DNA of 64,000 nt from Macrostomum lignano (Eukaryota): contig NIVC01001164.1 in NCBI GenBank assembly GCA_002269645.1, forward strand, positions 1 through 64,000, written 5' to 3'. A model generated the notes under the pieces. It made no database searches, was not told the origin of the DNA, and saw only the letters and a list, made by a program, of their open reading frames with translations. The translations under genes were made by a program, and so were the position numbers. Shown here one piece after another: positions 1 to 29,770 of this stretch (its first letter is position 1; each line of letters opens with the position of its first letter).

Positions 1-1189
1 CCCGTCATTGATAAAAGCGCCTTTATGAATTAAGACAAAGCAGCTGGAGTGCAGTTGCAGTGCAATTCAGCTAAACAGGGTTGGTAATTTTGCCTTTCTG
101 TCAAAGCCAGTAATTCGATTTGTACACATAGATTAAAGATATTAGCAAATCATTTCTACATATAAAGGTCAAGTAAAATAAAGTCTGCGTGAATAAGCTT
201 CGATTCACACTTCACTTCGAGTGCAAATGAACAGAGGAGCGGAGTATTTTTACTATAGCGAATAGTTAGTTACTCGGAATTATACTTAGATATTAAGCCC
301 TCCTTCTGAGCAGTGCTTACCAACATTGCGCAATCAAATTCGGACAGCTTAAAGCCTGATCATTTGCAAATACGGATCGCGCGCATCAGTTGCTATGGTA
401 AACTGTTTCTAACTCCCCACTAAAATATTTAAATTTTATACCGTTCAATCGCACTAGAATAAGTAGGCAAGCAGCTTTTAGAGAACAAATTTGCAATGGA
501 AATTCAGTGCAGCTTCGCAGAAAGAAAACTGCCCTCAAAAAAAATTCTGGGCAACGATGATGGACACTGGGCGAGTTTTCGAAAAGTACAACAGCCCGGC
601 CTGTCTCAGAGGAAAGCTGTCAGACAGTGGCTCATAGCGGTACAGCTGTGCGGCCCACACTGCCGCTTTTGAAATTTATTCTTTCGACATAAAAAGCTTG
701 CTATTCGTATAGCAACCACGAAATATCTTTCTTGTCTGTAGGCATCTTAGCGCATGTTAAAGAAAATCGTCTCGAATTACTCGGAGCGATGGCCTGTGTC
801 AGCAGACTGTCTGTCTCTGGCACTAATTGAGTCTCAGAAAGCTGAGTCCAGTCGACTCAATCGACCGGCATGCCGAAGCACTTCAAGGCACAGGTGAACG
901 CAGCTTTCTTGTCGCATTAAAATCACCCCTCCCGAATTAGCTAAGAGTGCAACCCTATGCCGTAATGACTCTGCATCTAACAGGACCTTGCATGCATAAG
1001 GAAGCTGAGCTAGAACTTAATACTTGAAGATAATAAACGTTGACTGATGACACGTCGTCACCAGTCTAGGAGTTTTAATAAGAATCAACTTTCCTGACTA
1101 TGCTAGAGTGGAAAATTGCAATCTGGATTCATTTGACAAACTGGGTTACCTTTCTTCGAATTTACTCTTAAATTAAGATGCCACCTCCC

Positions 1190-1352
1190 ATTTGATCTTT
1201 AGGTTTACTTCTTGTTCTGTAAACCTTTGACAAACCCCTTAATCTTTAGGTCTCTGACTCTTAAGCTGGGCTCCAACTCTGATAATTCTTAGGCGGAGGC
1301 TCTGACCCCCTTTGATTCTTAGACTGAAGCTCTGACCCCTGTTGATTCTTCA
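1190..1352. repeat. Degenerate ~32-bp tandem repeat in a PKC intron
   Basis: Recurrent gattcttag...ctctgacccc units just past the exon donor at 1363. Confidence 0.5.
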
Positions 1353-1362
1353 TCCAAACTCA

Positions 1363-7600
<6,238 letters not shown>

Positions 7601-8204
7601 TTCTATAAGTTTAAATTAAAATAACAGCAGCTAGTAAAGCTAAAATTTTACCCGAAAAAATTAATCTAGATTTAATGCGCGTTAGCGTCGCTAGTATGCT
7701 GCCGTAACAAAAGGTTAAGAGATAAATAATTGTGAAGCCAATGTGAATCAATGAATTTCCGGATACAAAGTCTAATATATTTTAAATAAAATAGCTGTTA
7801 AAAAATTAATACCTAGCTTTAAACGTGATACTGCGCTACGAAAAGTCTTTCTCGACTACGCCTTGCGATAAAAATGCTGCCGAAAGATACGAGTTAAAAG
7901 CACGCCACTTTCTGTGTACATCGATGTTCCTATCGTTGATAACGAAAAATGTAAATGATTTACAGGATTTTAAAAAGCCATTGTGTCGACAGCTCATTTT
8001 GTTTTTTTAGCACTAAACAAAAGCAAAGACTCTAACGAAAGTAACGACTACTCCATCGCTATGTATTTTGTATTAAATGATGTATAGTAGGAATGATTCA
8101 CCCATTTCAACACAGTGCCTAAATTTAAATCCTAGTTTTTTTTAAATCAAGGTATCTGAAAGCATATTAGGTTTTGAGGTTAAACAGAATCTATCACTAT
8201 CTAA

Positions 8205-8770
<566 letters not shown>

Positions 8771-9013
8771 TTCATATAATACATACAGTATTAGTTGCAC
8801 ACTACTACGGGTAGCATCATATGGCTATCTTGTCAACAAATCGCTAGAGCGGCAGTCGATTGTCCAATTAAAATACAACGTCTTACTGTACGCAGCCCTC
8901 ATGTGTAAGATTGCTATAAGTGTAAGCATTGTTGCTAGCTGATTCATTTCTAGACACGGACAAACCAGTGAGTGAGTAATACGACCAACAGTTCAGAGCA
9001 ATAGGTTTGCAAG

Positions 9014-18807
<9,794 letters not shown>

Positions 18808-19289
18808 AAGCCGTTCCCATGACAACCAATTTTAATTTGAATGCTGCATGGACGATAAAAACAGAATGATCAGATTTTTCTTCAAATCGGATTGGCGCCA
18901 TTGCAACTTCTGAATTGCTAGTGAATTAAGTCTGCTTTTTTCCAAGTCTGATTCCCATTTTTAAAACTAAATTTTTAAATTAAATTCGTTAAAATGCTAC
19001 CAGAGCAAGCAAGCAAAGTTTATAACTCAGTCAACCTCGAAACAAAACATTGTCTTCTTGCTTCATAAGCGATTCGTGATTTGAGTAGGTTAAATTATCT
19101 ACCTTGTTATCGCTAAGAACTTTATATTTGAATTTCGTCAATGCATTGTGAAGACAAAAACCGTCACAATCGAAATTTCAACGATTTGCGAGTGTAGCTT
19201 ATTATCTGTGCTTCAGTTGTCCATGAAATGAGTCATCTCACTGCGACAAAACTCAGGTTCGAGCTCTTTCACAGGGTGTACAGCGGGCT

Positions 19290-19382
19290 ATTTTTTGTGC
19301 ACAATTCTCAAAATTATCGCCGCGAACGGAATCGAATCAGGCATCGCGAGAGTCAGAGGCGCTACCGCTCGCTCAGTCACTC
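19290..19382 (-). mobile_element. tRNA-derived SINE head, second family (related copy at 23838-23932, plus strand)
   Basis: Shared agcggtagcgc...gattcgattccgtt.gcggc...tgtgcac in both places; does not fold into a full tRNA. Confidence 0.5.
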
Positions 19383-19629
19383 TGTGTCCTGACATGAAAC
19401 CATAGCAACTGTATAAACAACAGCTATGTAACCTTAGCAACTGTATCTACGACACTTTGACTTTTAAAAAATTGCACTTTAATTTTAAAAAATATACTTT
19501 TCGCTTTTTTTCTTGAAGCAGGCATAACTTGTTTTCTTTTCGTCTTTTCTAATTTAAAGTAAATGTTTTTAAAAAACTACGCATATAATCAGAGCTCTAT
19601 GGTAGCGTAGCGGTTCTTCTAAAATCATC

Positions 19630-21286
19630 AGGTGTAGCTGATAGCTTAGCCAGGTGTAGCTGATAGCTTAGCCAGGTGTAGCTGATAGCTTAGCCAGGTG
19701 TAGCTGATAGCTTAGCCAGGTGTAGCTGATAGATTAGCCAGGTGTAGCTGATAGATTAGCCAGGTGTAGCTGATAGCTTAGCCAGGTGTAGCTGATAGCT
19801 TAGCCAGGTGTAGCTGATAGCTTAGCCAGGTGTAGCTGATAGCTTAGCCAGGTGTAGCTGATAGCTTAGCCAGGTGTAGCTGAAAGCTTAGCCAGGTGTA
19901 GCTGATAGCTTAGCCAGGTGTAGCTGATAGCTTAGCCAGGTGTAGCTGATAGCCTAGCCAGGTGTAGCTGATAGCTTAGCCAGGTGTAGCTGATAGCTTA
20001 GCCAGGTGTAGCTGATAGCTTAGCCAGGTGTAGCTGATAGCTTAGCCAGGTGTAGCTGATAGCTTAGCCAGGTGTAGCTGATAGCTTAGCCAGGTGTAGC
20101 TGATAGCTTAGCCAGGTGTAGCTGATAGCCTATCCAGGTGTAGCTGATAGCTTAGCCAGGTGTAGCTGATAGCTTAGCCAGGTGTAGCTGATAGGTTAGC
20201 CAGGTGTAGCTGATAGCTTAGCCAGGTGTAGCTGATAGGTTAGCCAGGTGTAGCTGATAGCTTAGCCAGGTGTAGCTGATAGCTTAGCCAGGTGTAGCTG
20301 ATAGCTTAGCCAGGTGTAGCTGATAGCTTAGCCAGGTGTAGCTGATAGCTTAGCCAGGTGTAGCTGATAGCTTAGCCAGGTGTAGCTGATAGCTTAGCCA
20401 GGTGTAGCTGATAGCTTAGCCAGGTGTAGCTGATAGCTTAGCCAGGTGTAGCTGATAGCTTAGCCAGGTGTAGCTGATAGCTTAGCCAGGTGTAGCTGAT
20501 AGCTTAGCCAGGTGTAGCTGATAGCTTAGCCAGGTGTAGCTGATAGCTTAGCCAGGTGTAGCTGATAGCTTAGCCAGGTGTAGCTGATAGCTTAGCCAGG
20601 TGTAGCTGATAGCTTAGCCAGGTGTAGCTGATAGCTTAGCCAGGTGTAGCTGATAGCTTAGCCAGGTGTAGCTGATAGCTTAGCCAGGTGTAGCTGATAG
20701 CTTAGCCAGGTGTAGCTGATAGCTTAGCCAGGTGTAGCTGAAAGCTTAGCCAGGTGTAGCTGATAGCTTAGCCAGGTGTAGCTGATAGCTTAGCCAGGTG
20801 TAGCTGATAGCCTAGCCAGGTGTAGCTGATAGCTTAGCCAGGTGTAGCTGATAGCTTAGCCAGGTGTAGCTGATAGCTTAGCCAGGTGTAGCTGATAGCT
20901 TAGCCAGGTGTAGCTGATAGCTTAGCCAGGTGTAGCTGAAAGCTTAGCCAGGTGTAGCTGATAGCTTAGCCAGGTGTAGCTGATAGCTTAGCCAGGTGTA
21001 GCTGATAGCTTAGCCAGGTGTAGCTGATAGCTTAGCCAGGTGTAGCTGAAAGCTTAGCCAGATGTAGCTGATAGCTTAGCCAGGTTTAGCTGATAGCTTA
21101 GCCAGGTGTAGCTGATAGCTTAGCCAGGTGTAGCTGATAGATTAGCCAGGTGTAGCTGATAGCTTAGCCAGGTGTAGCTGATAGCTTAGCCAGGTGTAGC
21201 TGATAGCTTAGCCAGGTGTAGCTGATAGCTTAGCCAGGTGTAGCTGATAGCTTAGCCAGGTGTAGCTGATAGCTTAGCCAGGTGTA
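19630..21286. repeat. 22-bp satellite, ~75 copies
   Basis: Unit caggtgtagctgatagcttagc, highly homogeneous. Confidence 0.98.
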
Positions 21287-21717
21287 AAAGCCGGCACTGA
21301 CCATTGCAGCACCGCAGACTCTGTACTACGGGCCAAATAACAGCACCGCTCCCTGAACTGCGTCCGCCATATGCGCCATGTGTGACATGCAAGCTGCTCC
21401 ACTGCACTACACTATAAAATTTTTATGTCACTTTCATTGCTTATAGAAGATTTTTTTGCATTGCAAATTTGCGTGTTTTTGTCTGTATTCTTGAAGTCTT
21501 CTAAAATCGTCTAAAACAAAAAAGATTGAAGTAATCAATAACCGCTAAAAACTAAAAACTTTAAGAAATTGTTTTCAATGCTTGGTTTGTAGATCTAAAA
21601 CCCTTGCATTGGTGTATAGATCTACAAACCAAGCATTGGTGTCTATAGATTTGCAACCCAAGCATTGGTGTCTAGATCTGCAACCCTAGCAATGGAGACT
21701 TGGTTTGCATGGGACGA

Positions 21718-21825
21718 GGCGGTTGGCGGCCTGGAGTCTGGCGGCCTGGAGTCTGGCGGCCTGGAGTCTGGCGGCCTGGAGTCTGGCGGCCTGGAGTCTG
21801 GCGGCCTGGAGTCTGGCGGCCTGGA
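21718..21825. repeat. 15-bp tandem repeat, ~7 copies
   Basis: Unit ggcggcctggagtct. Confidence 0.95.
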
Positions 21826-22342
21826 CGTCGAGCTTCTGAAGTCGGAGAAGCAGCTCCGTCTGCTGAAGCTGCGCAAAGAAACTGCCCTGCTACAGGCGGA
21901 GGTCAGACAGCTTCAGCGGCTGCCCACAGCTTCATTTTTAACCCCGGTGAATTGCTCATTAACCTGTGGTCAGATGATAAGGATGCTGCGCTGCAGGAGC
22001 CCGCTTTGGGGGCCAGCAAGGTGTTTCGAATCCCCGAATTCAGCAATAAGAGGAAGCAGCAAGACTCAGGCGTTACCCATGCAGTCAGGCAGACTTGCAT
22101 TTAAAGTGAAGAGGCTGTTGTTGACTCGCTTACGTTTGGAGACTGGATCTCTGCGAATGCCGGGATTATGCTGAGGTTGCTGGATGACGGCAGTCTGGTG
22201 AAGAGTGCACATTGGCGAGCTGTTTGAACTCGGGTTTGACAGGGCTCATGATATGAGCTTCGAGAATGAGTGCAGCTTGAGTCAGAGAGATCGGATCTGG
22301 GACGAGTTGCCTGATGGCATCGCAGAATGCCCCAGCGACTAG
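21826..22342 (+). mobile_element. Probable DIRS-type (tyrosine-recombinase retrotransposon) ORF1/gag relic
   Basis: Frameshifted peptides FRIPEF..., DSLTFGDWISANAGIMLRLLDDGSL and IGELFELG..SFENE...WDE resemble the W.SANARIM...KIGEL pattern I recall from invertebrate DIRS ORF1. Confidence 0.45.
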
Positions 22343-23510
22343 GTAAGAAAACCTTTTCTAAGTAATGCTTTTCGAGTTAAGTTAAGTTACTAAGTTATTA
22401 ATAGATCTGCCTCCAACTTTTGTAGTTTCCCGTCCCTAGTTATTGAGTAGTACATCTTTCATCTCTAGCAAGGTAAGATTGCTCTGGTCTGCCTACTCAA
22501 ATTGACTTTAAAGCCTTGCGGCGCGAAAATGCCCGCGTCGACTCGCAAAAATTGCGGAATAAAAACTATTTACATGATAAATTATATCTGATAAGGTTGT
22601 AGATAAAAGTTAAATGGTCCTCTCTCTGGACAAATATCCAGACTGTATGTAGAGTATCATTCATTCATAAAATGCTACTGTAAGTAGAGTAACGCAAACA
22701 CGCGCAGCAAAAGTAAAACAATGAATCACGACCCTGATAAGGTAAACGGTGTCCTCACACCTATCGTATTCGAGCAAATTCTATTTAACTGTCAAAGGGT
22801 TCCGTCAAGTTCCTAAGATTTGACCTTTTCACCCCATCAAATTAAACCGGAATAAACCGATTTTTGCAAAAATTGTGTATGAATACAAGCGGAGCCTGAA
22901 AAACCTCAAACTCGGAGCAGTCCCAAAGGAGTTGGAAATTTTCGAGAGGAGCGGGACGACATCTCTGAGATAAATCCGTGCCGCCTTCTGAGCCGTCATT
23001 TTCTTTGATTTTTGACAGCTGAGTTGTTATCGGCGATTTTGTTTATTGATTTTTGTTGAACTTTGAATTGAAGGCCTCCCTATTCCTAAGGGATTGGATA
23101 GGATCCTTGGGACCGATTCCGATACTCTTAGACGTTCATTACTTTGTGGTACCCTAGAGTAGCAGATAGGGGCACACGACTCCGATTCTGATATTTCTAG
23201 AAGAAGACGCCCTTTCTGGAGGACCTCGTTGCTATAGATTTGATTGTATTATTAGGCCGCATCTTTGATATTGATTCCGAACTTGAAGAGTATATTAACG
23301 CCGAAGAAAAGAATTGTTACATTCACTAAGATGGTCTCATACGCTCCCACGCGGCCGACTTCAGAATCGACGAAGGGAATCCCGAAAGACTACTCGCTAC
23401 TTAGTGAAGAATCTGCATGAAAAGAAGAGGAGACCGCCGCGATAATTGATTACTAAGTTTGCTCCCAGGCTGGCGGTCCGGAACTGGGAGTTCGTGCGCT
23501 TAGACACGTG

Positions 23511-23727
<217 letters not shown>

Positions 23728-23979
23728 CCATCTGTTTCAGTTATTTAATTGAACAATCGTTTGTTATGCGGCATGTAAAGACCTTATGGAGCAGATTTAC
23801 TGATGTTTATGCTCAACAATAATCTCATATGGCAGAGGCAGAGCAGCTCAGCGGTAGCGCACCCGACTCATCGCACCAAAGTGCCAGCTGGATTCGATTC
23901 CGTTTGCGGCTATTTTGTTTGGGGCTTGTGCACTGGGGCTTGTCATGCGACGGGCCAACTCCCCAAGGCACAGTTAGTG

Positions 23980-24290
23980 TGCATGCCGTTGTGGTCAGAG
24001 CGTCGGACTCATGACTGAAAGGTCGGAGGTTCGATTCTCGACCCATTCAGAACAATCTGTGTCCTTGAGCAAGACACTTAACTCTGCATTGATTCAGTTC
24101 ACCCAGCTGTAAAATGGGCGCCAGCATTAGCTGGGGTAAGTGAGGCTGTGTGTGGCGCCCCCCAGTCTTTGGACTGAACAGCCGTACGCAGCCTTCAGAT
24201 GCGCTGCGCAATAGCTGCGGCTGAGCTGTGGGTTGCACATCTGCCCAAGGACAGGTGTAATCAATTAATATTATGATTATGCCGTTGTAC
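23980..24290 (+). mobile_element. tRNA-derived CORE-type SINE, near full length
   Basis: Head gtggtcagagcgtcggactcatgactgaaaggtcggaggttcgattctcg, CORE-like ccttgagcaagacacttaac...ctgtaaaatggg, a unique 3' part shared with 24800-24920, and an AT-rich end. Confidence 0.8.
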
Positions 24291-24437
24291 ATCCTGTGTG
24301 ATTGCGAGCCTGCTTGTACGTGTACGTGTGCGTGCTCAGAGGTCGGCGGAAAGGCTCTGACTGCCCTTGATCTGCTACAGCGCCCTCCAGAGCCCCCTGC
24401 AAGCTAACTGGCACACTGACTAACCCTTTTATTGCAG

Positions 24438-24625
24438 GCTCCCAGAACGGTCGGCAAATCCAGCCTCCCCCAGACTGCGTAGGCGGAGCTCGCCCGCTCA
24501 GGCTAGCCTGAGTGCGGTGCGGAGCAGGGCAGCGGCATCAGCATGGCGGAGCTGGGCGTCCGGATCTCGAGGCGTCGTGGCCGGCGGCGGCTAACGCAGC
24601 TTCCAGCAAAACCGTTTCCATGACA
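24438..24625 (+). pseudogene. Diverged duplicate of the GPCR terminal exon (frameshifted; early stop at 24482)
   Basis: Aligns by eye to 18601-18830: same ttgcag acceptor and the block ggcagcggcatcagcatggcggagctgggcgtccggatctcg. Reads APRTVGKSSLPQTA*. Confidence 0.8.
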
Positions 24626-24773
24626 ACCGATTTCTGAGACGACTAAACCAGAAGGATCTGCTTTTGCTGAATATTGCAACTTCTGAATTATTAGATAATC
24701 AAGTATCTGCTTTGTTCCAAGTTTTGTTCCCAGTTTTCAAACAAAGGTTGTTACAATTCTACCTGAGCAAGCA

Positions 24774-25047
24774 GTAATAATAATAATAATAATAATAATA
24801 CTAATGCCTCAAAGGCAGATGTGCAACCGACAGCTCAGCCGCAGCTATTGCGAGGCGCATCTGAAGGCTGCGTACGGCTGTTCAGTCCAAGGACTGGGGG
24901 GTCGCCGCACACACCCTCAATCAGCTTAAGGGTTGTAGCCAAGTGGTTCGATTCTTGCCCTACCCGGACAATTTGTGTCCTTGAGCAAGACACTTAACTC
25001 TGCATGGCTTCAGTTCACCCGGCTGTAAAATGGGTGCCAGCATCAGG
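24774..25047 (-). mobile_element. CORE-type SINE with inverted 5' segment, TSD gcaagca
   Basis: (TAA)n tail and 3' part on minus (24775-24920); head and CORE part on plus (~24930-25047); gcaagca at 24767-24773 and 25048-25054; empty paralogous site at ~19003-19019. Confidence 0.75.
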
Positions 25048-25574
25048 GCAAGCAAGCAAAGTATCCACAAAAAGCACAGTTGCTCTTGTCGACATGTACG
25101 GGGCAACCCCATCAATTGTTGAGCAAAACCGCTAACAGGTCCACCGCTTTTTAGAGAGGACCATGTTTGTAAATAAATATTATAATAAATTAATTTTTTG
25201 TTCATTTCTTGCAGCTTGCATAACCTTCTTTTGCTTTCGTCTATTCTAATTTGAAGTACATGCTTTAGAAAACTATGCATCCAATCATAGTACAGAAAAG
25301 TTTGCGGTTATTGATTCAATCTTTTGTGTTTTAGACGATTTTCGAAGACTTCAAGAATACAAATAAAACTCTCAAATTTACAACGCAAAAATATATTGTG
25401 TAAACAAAGTAAAGTCACACCAAAATTCAATAGTGCAGTGCAGTGTAACAGCTTGCATGTCACACATGGCGCATATGGCGGAAGCAGTTCAGGGAGCGGT
25501 ACTGTTATTTGGCCCGTAGTACAGAGTCTGCGGTGCTGCAATTGTGAATGCAAAACTGAGACAGATAAAGTTAG

Positions 25575-26260
25575 TGGCTACACCTGGCTAAGCTATCAGC
25601 TACACCTGGCTAAGCTATCAGCTACACCTGGCTAAGCTATCAGCTACACCTGGCTAAGCTATCAGCTACACCTGGCTAAGCTATCAGCTACACCTGGCTA
25701 AGCTATCAGCTACACCTGGCTAAGCTATCAGCTACACCTGGCTAATCTATCAGCTACACCTGGCTAAGCTGTCAGCTACACCTGGCTAAGCTATCAGCTA
25801 CACCTGGCTAAGCTATCAGCTACACCTGGCTAAGCTATCAGCTACACCTGGCTAAGCTATCAGCTACACCTGGCTAAGCTATCAGCTACACCTGGCTAAG
25901 CTATCAGCTACACCTGGCTAAGCTATCAGCTACACCTGGCTAAGCTATCAGCTACACCTAGGCTATCAGCTACATCTAGACTGTCAGATACACCTGGCTA
26001 GGCTATCAGCTACACCTGGCTAAGCTATCAGCTACATCTAGGCTGTCAGCTACACCTGGCTAAGCTATCAGCTACACCTGGATAGGCTATCAGCTACACC
26101 TGGCTAAGCTATCAGCTACACCTGGATAGGCTATCAGCTACACCTGGCTAAGCTATCAGCTACACCTGGATAGGCTATCAGCTACACCTGGATAATCTAA
26201 CAGCTACATCTAGGCTATCAGCTACATCTAGGCTGTCAGCTACACCTGGCTAGGCTATGG
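25575..26260. repeat. 22-bp satellite (reverse complement of the 19630-21286 unit), ~31 copies, degenerating distally
   Basis: Unit gctacacctggctaagctatca. Confidence 0.97.
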
Positions 26261-26314
26261 GCTACATCTACCTAACCGGCTGATATAGCAACTTCTCAAA
26301 GTGCAAATGCTCAC

Positions 26315-26459
26315 CATAGCTGGCATAGATGATGCAGACGATGACAACAATAAGAAAGAACACGCCCAGTATCAGGAACACAAGGTTCAACACTTTCCTT
26401 AGCAGCGGCATATTGTAGTCCTGCAACTCCTCCGCATTGTCGTCCTCGATTCTTCTGTC
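26315..26459 (-). CDS. Internal exon encoding one transmembrane helix; parent gene unidentified
   Basis: tttcag acceptor and gtgagc donor; open frame [48 protein letters not shown](G); GC-rich coding-like codons. Confidence 0.6.
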
Positions 26460-26649
26460 CTGAAATTTAAAGAAAAAACTACAAATTTTGGAAAAGTTTT
26501 CAAATCGCAAACTTCAACTCTAACTTCTAAAACTCTGGTTTAGTAAATTTTAGAAAAGCAACGCTGGAGAATTGGGCAACGCGAGAAGAGGTGTGTTTTC
26601 TAAACGGATCTTCTGGCAGAATGCATTGAATCAAGCAGGGTTTCACTTC

Positions 26650-29040
26650 CTTGAAGAACCATAGACAATGAAGTTCTTGAAGTCATTGAAGTACCATGGA
26701 CGATGAACTCCTTGAACTTCTTGAAGTACCTTTGACAATGAAGTCTTTGAAGTCCTTGAAGTATCATAGACAATGAGGTACTTCAAGGACTATAGACAAT
26801 GAAGTCCTTGAAGTCCTTGAGGTACCATAGACACTGATGTCCTTTAAGTACCATTGACACCCATAGACACTGATGTCCTTAAAGTACCATAGACACCATA
26901 GACACAGATGTCCTTTAAGTACCATAGACACCATAGACACTGATGTGCTTTAAGTACCATAGACACCCATAGACACTGATGTCCTTTGAGTACCATAGAC
27001 ACCCATAGACACTGATGTCCTTTAAGTACCATAGACACCATAGACACTGATGTCCTTTGAGTACCATAGACACCCATAGACACTGATGTCCTTTGAGTAC
27101 CATAGACACCCATAGACACTGATGTCCTTTGAGTACCATAGACACCCATAGACAATGATGTCCTTTGAGTACCATAGACACCCATAGACACTGATGTCCT
27201 TTGAGTACCATAGACACCATAGACAATGATGTCATTCAAGTACCATAGACACCATAGACACTGATATCCTTTAAGTACCATAGGCACCCATAGACGATGA
27301 TGTCCTTTAAGTACCATAGACACCCATAGACACTGATGTCCTTTGAGTACCATAGACACCCATAGACACTGATGTCCTTTAAGTACCATAGGCACCATAG
27401 ACACTGATGTCCTTTAAGTACCATAGACACCATAGACACTGATGTCCTTTGAGTACCATAGACACCATAGACACTGATGTCATTTAAGTACCATAGACAC
27501 CCATAGACACTGATGTCCTTTGAGTACCATAGACACCCATAGACACTGATGTCATTCAAGTACCATAGACACCATAGACACTGATGTCCTTTAAGTACCA
27601 TAGGCACCATAGACACTGATGTCCTTTGAGTACCATAGACACCATAGACACTGATTTCATTTAAGTACCATAGACACCCATAGACACTGATGTCCTTTAA
27701 GTACCATAGGCACCATAGACACTGATGTCCTTTGAGTACCATAGACACCATAGACACTGATGTCATTTAAGTACCATAGACACCCATAGACACTGATGTC
27801 CTTTGAGTACCATAGACACCCATAGACACTGATCTCCTTTAAGTACCATAGACACCATAGACAATGATGTCATTCAAGTACCATAGACACCCATAGACAC
27901 TGATGTCCTTTAAGTACCATAGGCACCCATAGACAATGATTTCATTCAAGTACCATAGGCACCCATAGACAATGATGTCATTCAAGTACCATAGATACCA
28001 TAGACACTGATGTCCTTCAAGGACCATAGACACCATAGACACTGATGTCATTTAAGTACCATAGACACCCATAGACACTGATGTCCTTTGAGTACCATAG
28101 ACACCCATAGACACTGATCTCCTTTAAGTACCATAGACACCATAGACAATGATGTCATTCAAGTACCATAGGCACCATAGACACTGATGTCATTTAAGTA
28201 CCATAGACACCCATAGACACTGATGTCCTTTGAGTACCATAGACACCCATAGACACTGATCTCCTTTAAGTACCATAGACACCATAGACAATGATGTCAT
28301 TCAAGTACCATAGACACCCATAGACACTGATGTCCTTTAAGTACCATAGGCACCCATAGACAATGATGTCATTCAAGTACCATAGACACCACAGACACTG
28401 ATGTCCTTTAAGTATCATAGACACCCATAGACAGTGATGTCATTTGAGTACCATAGACACCACAGACACTGATGTCCTTTAAGTATCATAGACACCATAG
28501 ACACTGATGTCCTTTAAGTATCATAGGCACCCATAGAAACTGATGTCCTTTAAGTATCATAGGCACCCATAGAAACTGATGTCCTTCAAGTACCATAAAC
28601 ACCACAGACACTGATGTCCTTTAAGTACCATAGGCACCCATAGACACTGATGTCCTTTAAGTATCATAGGCACCCATAGACACTGATGTCCTTTAAGTAC
28701 CATAGGCACCACAGACACTGATGTCCTTTAAGTACCATAGACACCATAGACACTGATGTCCTTTAAGTACCATAGACACCATAGACACTGATGTCCTTTA
28801 AGTACCATAGACACCCATAGACACTGATGTCATTTAAGTACCATAGGCACCCATAGACACTGATGTCCTTTAAGTACCATAGATACCATAGACACTGATG
28901 TCCTTCAAGGACCATAGACACCATAGACACTGATGTCCTTTAAGTACCATAGACACCCATAGACACTGATGTCCTTCAAGGACCATAGACACCACAGACA
29001 CTGATGTCCTTTGAGTACCATAGACACCATAGACAATGAA
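26650..29040. repeat. 35/36-bp minisatellite, ~62 clean copies plus a degenerate left edge
   Basis: Unit catagacactgatgtcctttgagtaccatagacac(c); 26650-26820 holds older diverged units. Confidence 0.97.
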
Positions 29041-29297
29041 GTAAAACTGCACAACGTAATGGAAACGCCGGAGGGGAAACGCCGGAGATAAAACGCCGGA
29101 AGAGAAACGCCACTAAGGGAAATATCCGGAAGTCTTCAATACAGCAGATGTGCAAGGAGTCGCGGCTAAAATTCAGCTCATTCGGACATTCCTGTCGTTC
29201 ACAGAAAGCACAGTCCGGAACCGCTTGCAGCACTCCTCGTACGGCAGGGGCAAATTTTCAGAGAAGAAAAATCCGTTTAGAAACAAACAAATGCTTA

Positions 29298-29495
<198 letters not shown>

Positions 29496-29770
29496 TCAAG
29501 AAATGCTCACCTCTCACGCGCAGCAACCCCTCCGGGGTTGTGGGGGCGATAAAATCGATTTCTGCTTCTCTTGAACTGCCCAATAATTATTGATTCTCAG
29601 CGGGCGGGGAGGCGGCATGAAATTCCAACCCAACCCCCAGTTTTTATTCTGTTCTTCTTCGTCTTTTCTTTCCCCGACATTTTCATTTCCGAGGAGAGGA
29701 AAGCAGTGCAGTGTGCATGTGGTGAACAATACAAATTCCCAAACCCAGTACAGCCTGTTCTGGATACATG

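Noticed and set aside
18813-18826. Perfect RFX X-box (GTTCCCATGACAAC), also kept in the duplicate at 24614-24627
   Set aside because: About 0.4 chance hits are expected in 64 kb on two strands, the second copy is not independent, and it lies 3' of a stop codon rather than near a known TSS.
19630-21286. CRISPR-like regular repeats (also 26650-29040 and 55415-57012)
   Set aside because: Units are head-to-tail with no unique spacers, no cas genes are present, and the context is eukaryotic.
23365-23400. Hammerhead-ribozyme-like GACGA-stem-GAAA
   Set aside because: Lacks the CUGANGA core and I could not build stems I and III.
23980-24045. Possible tRNA-Met gene (CAT at an anticodon-like position); similar heads at 23838-23905 and 60030-60080
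   Set aside because: No acceptor stem can be formed; the 23980 head runs into a SINE body, and the other two appear to be similar SINE-head remnants.
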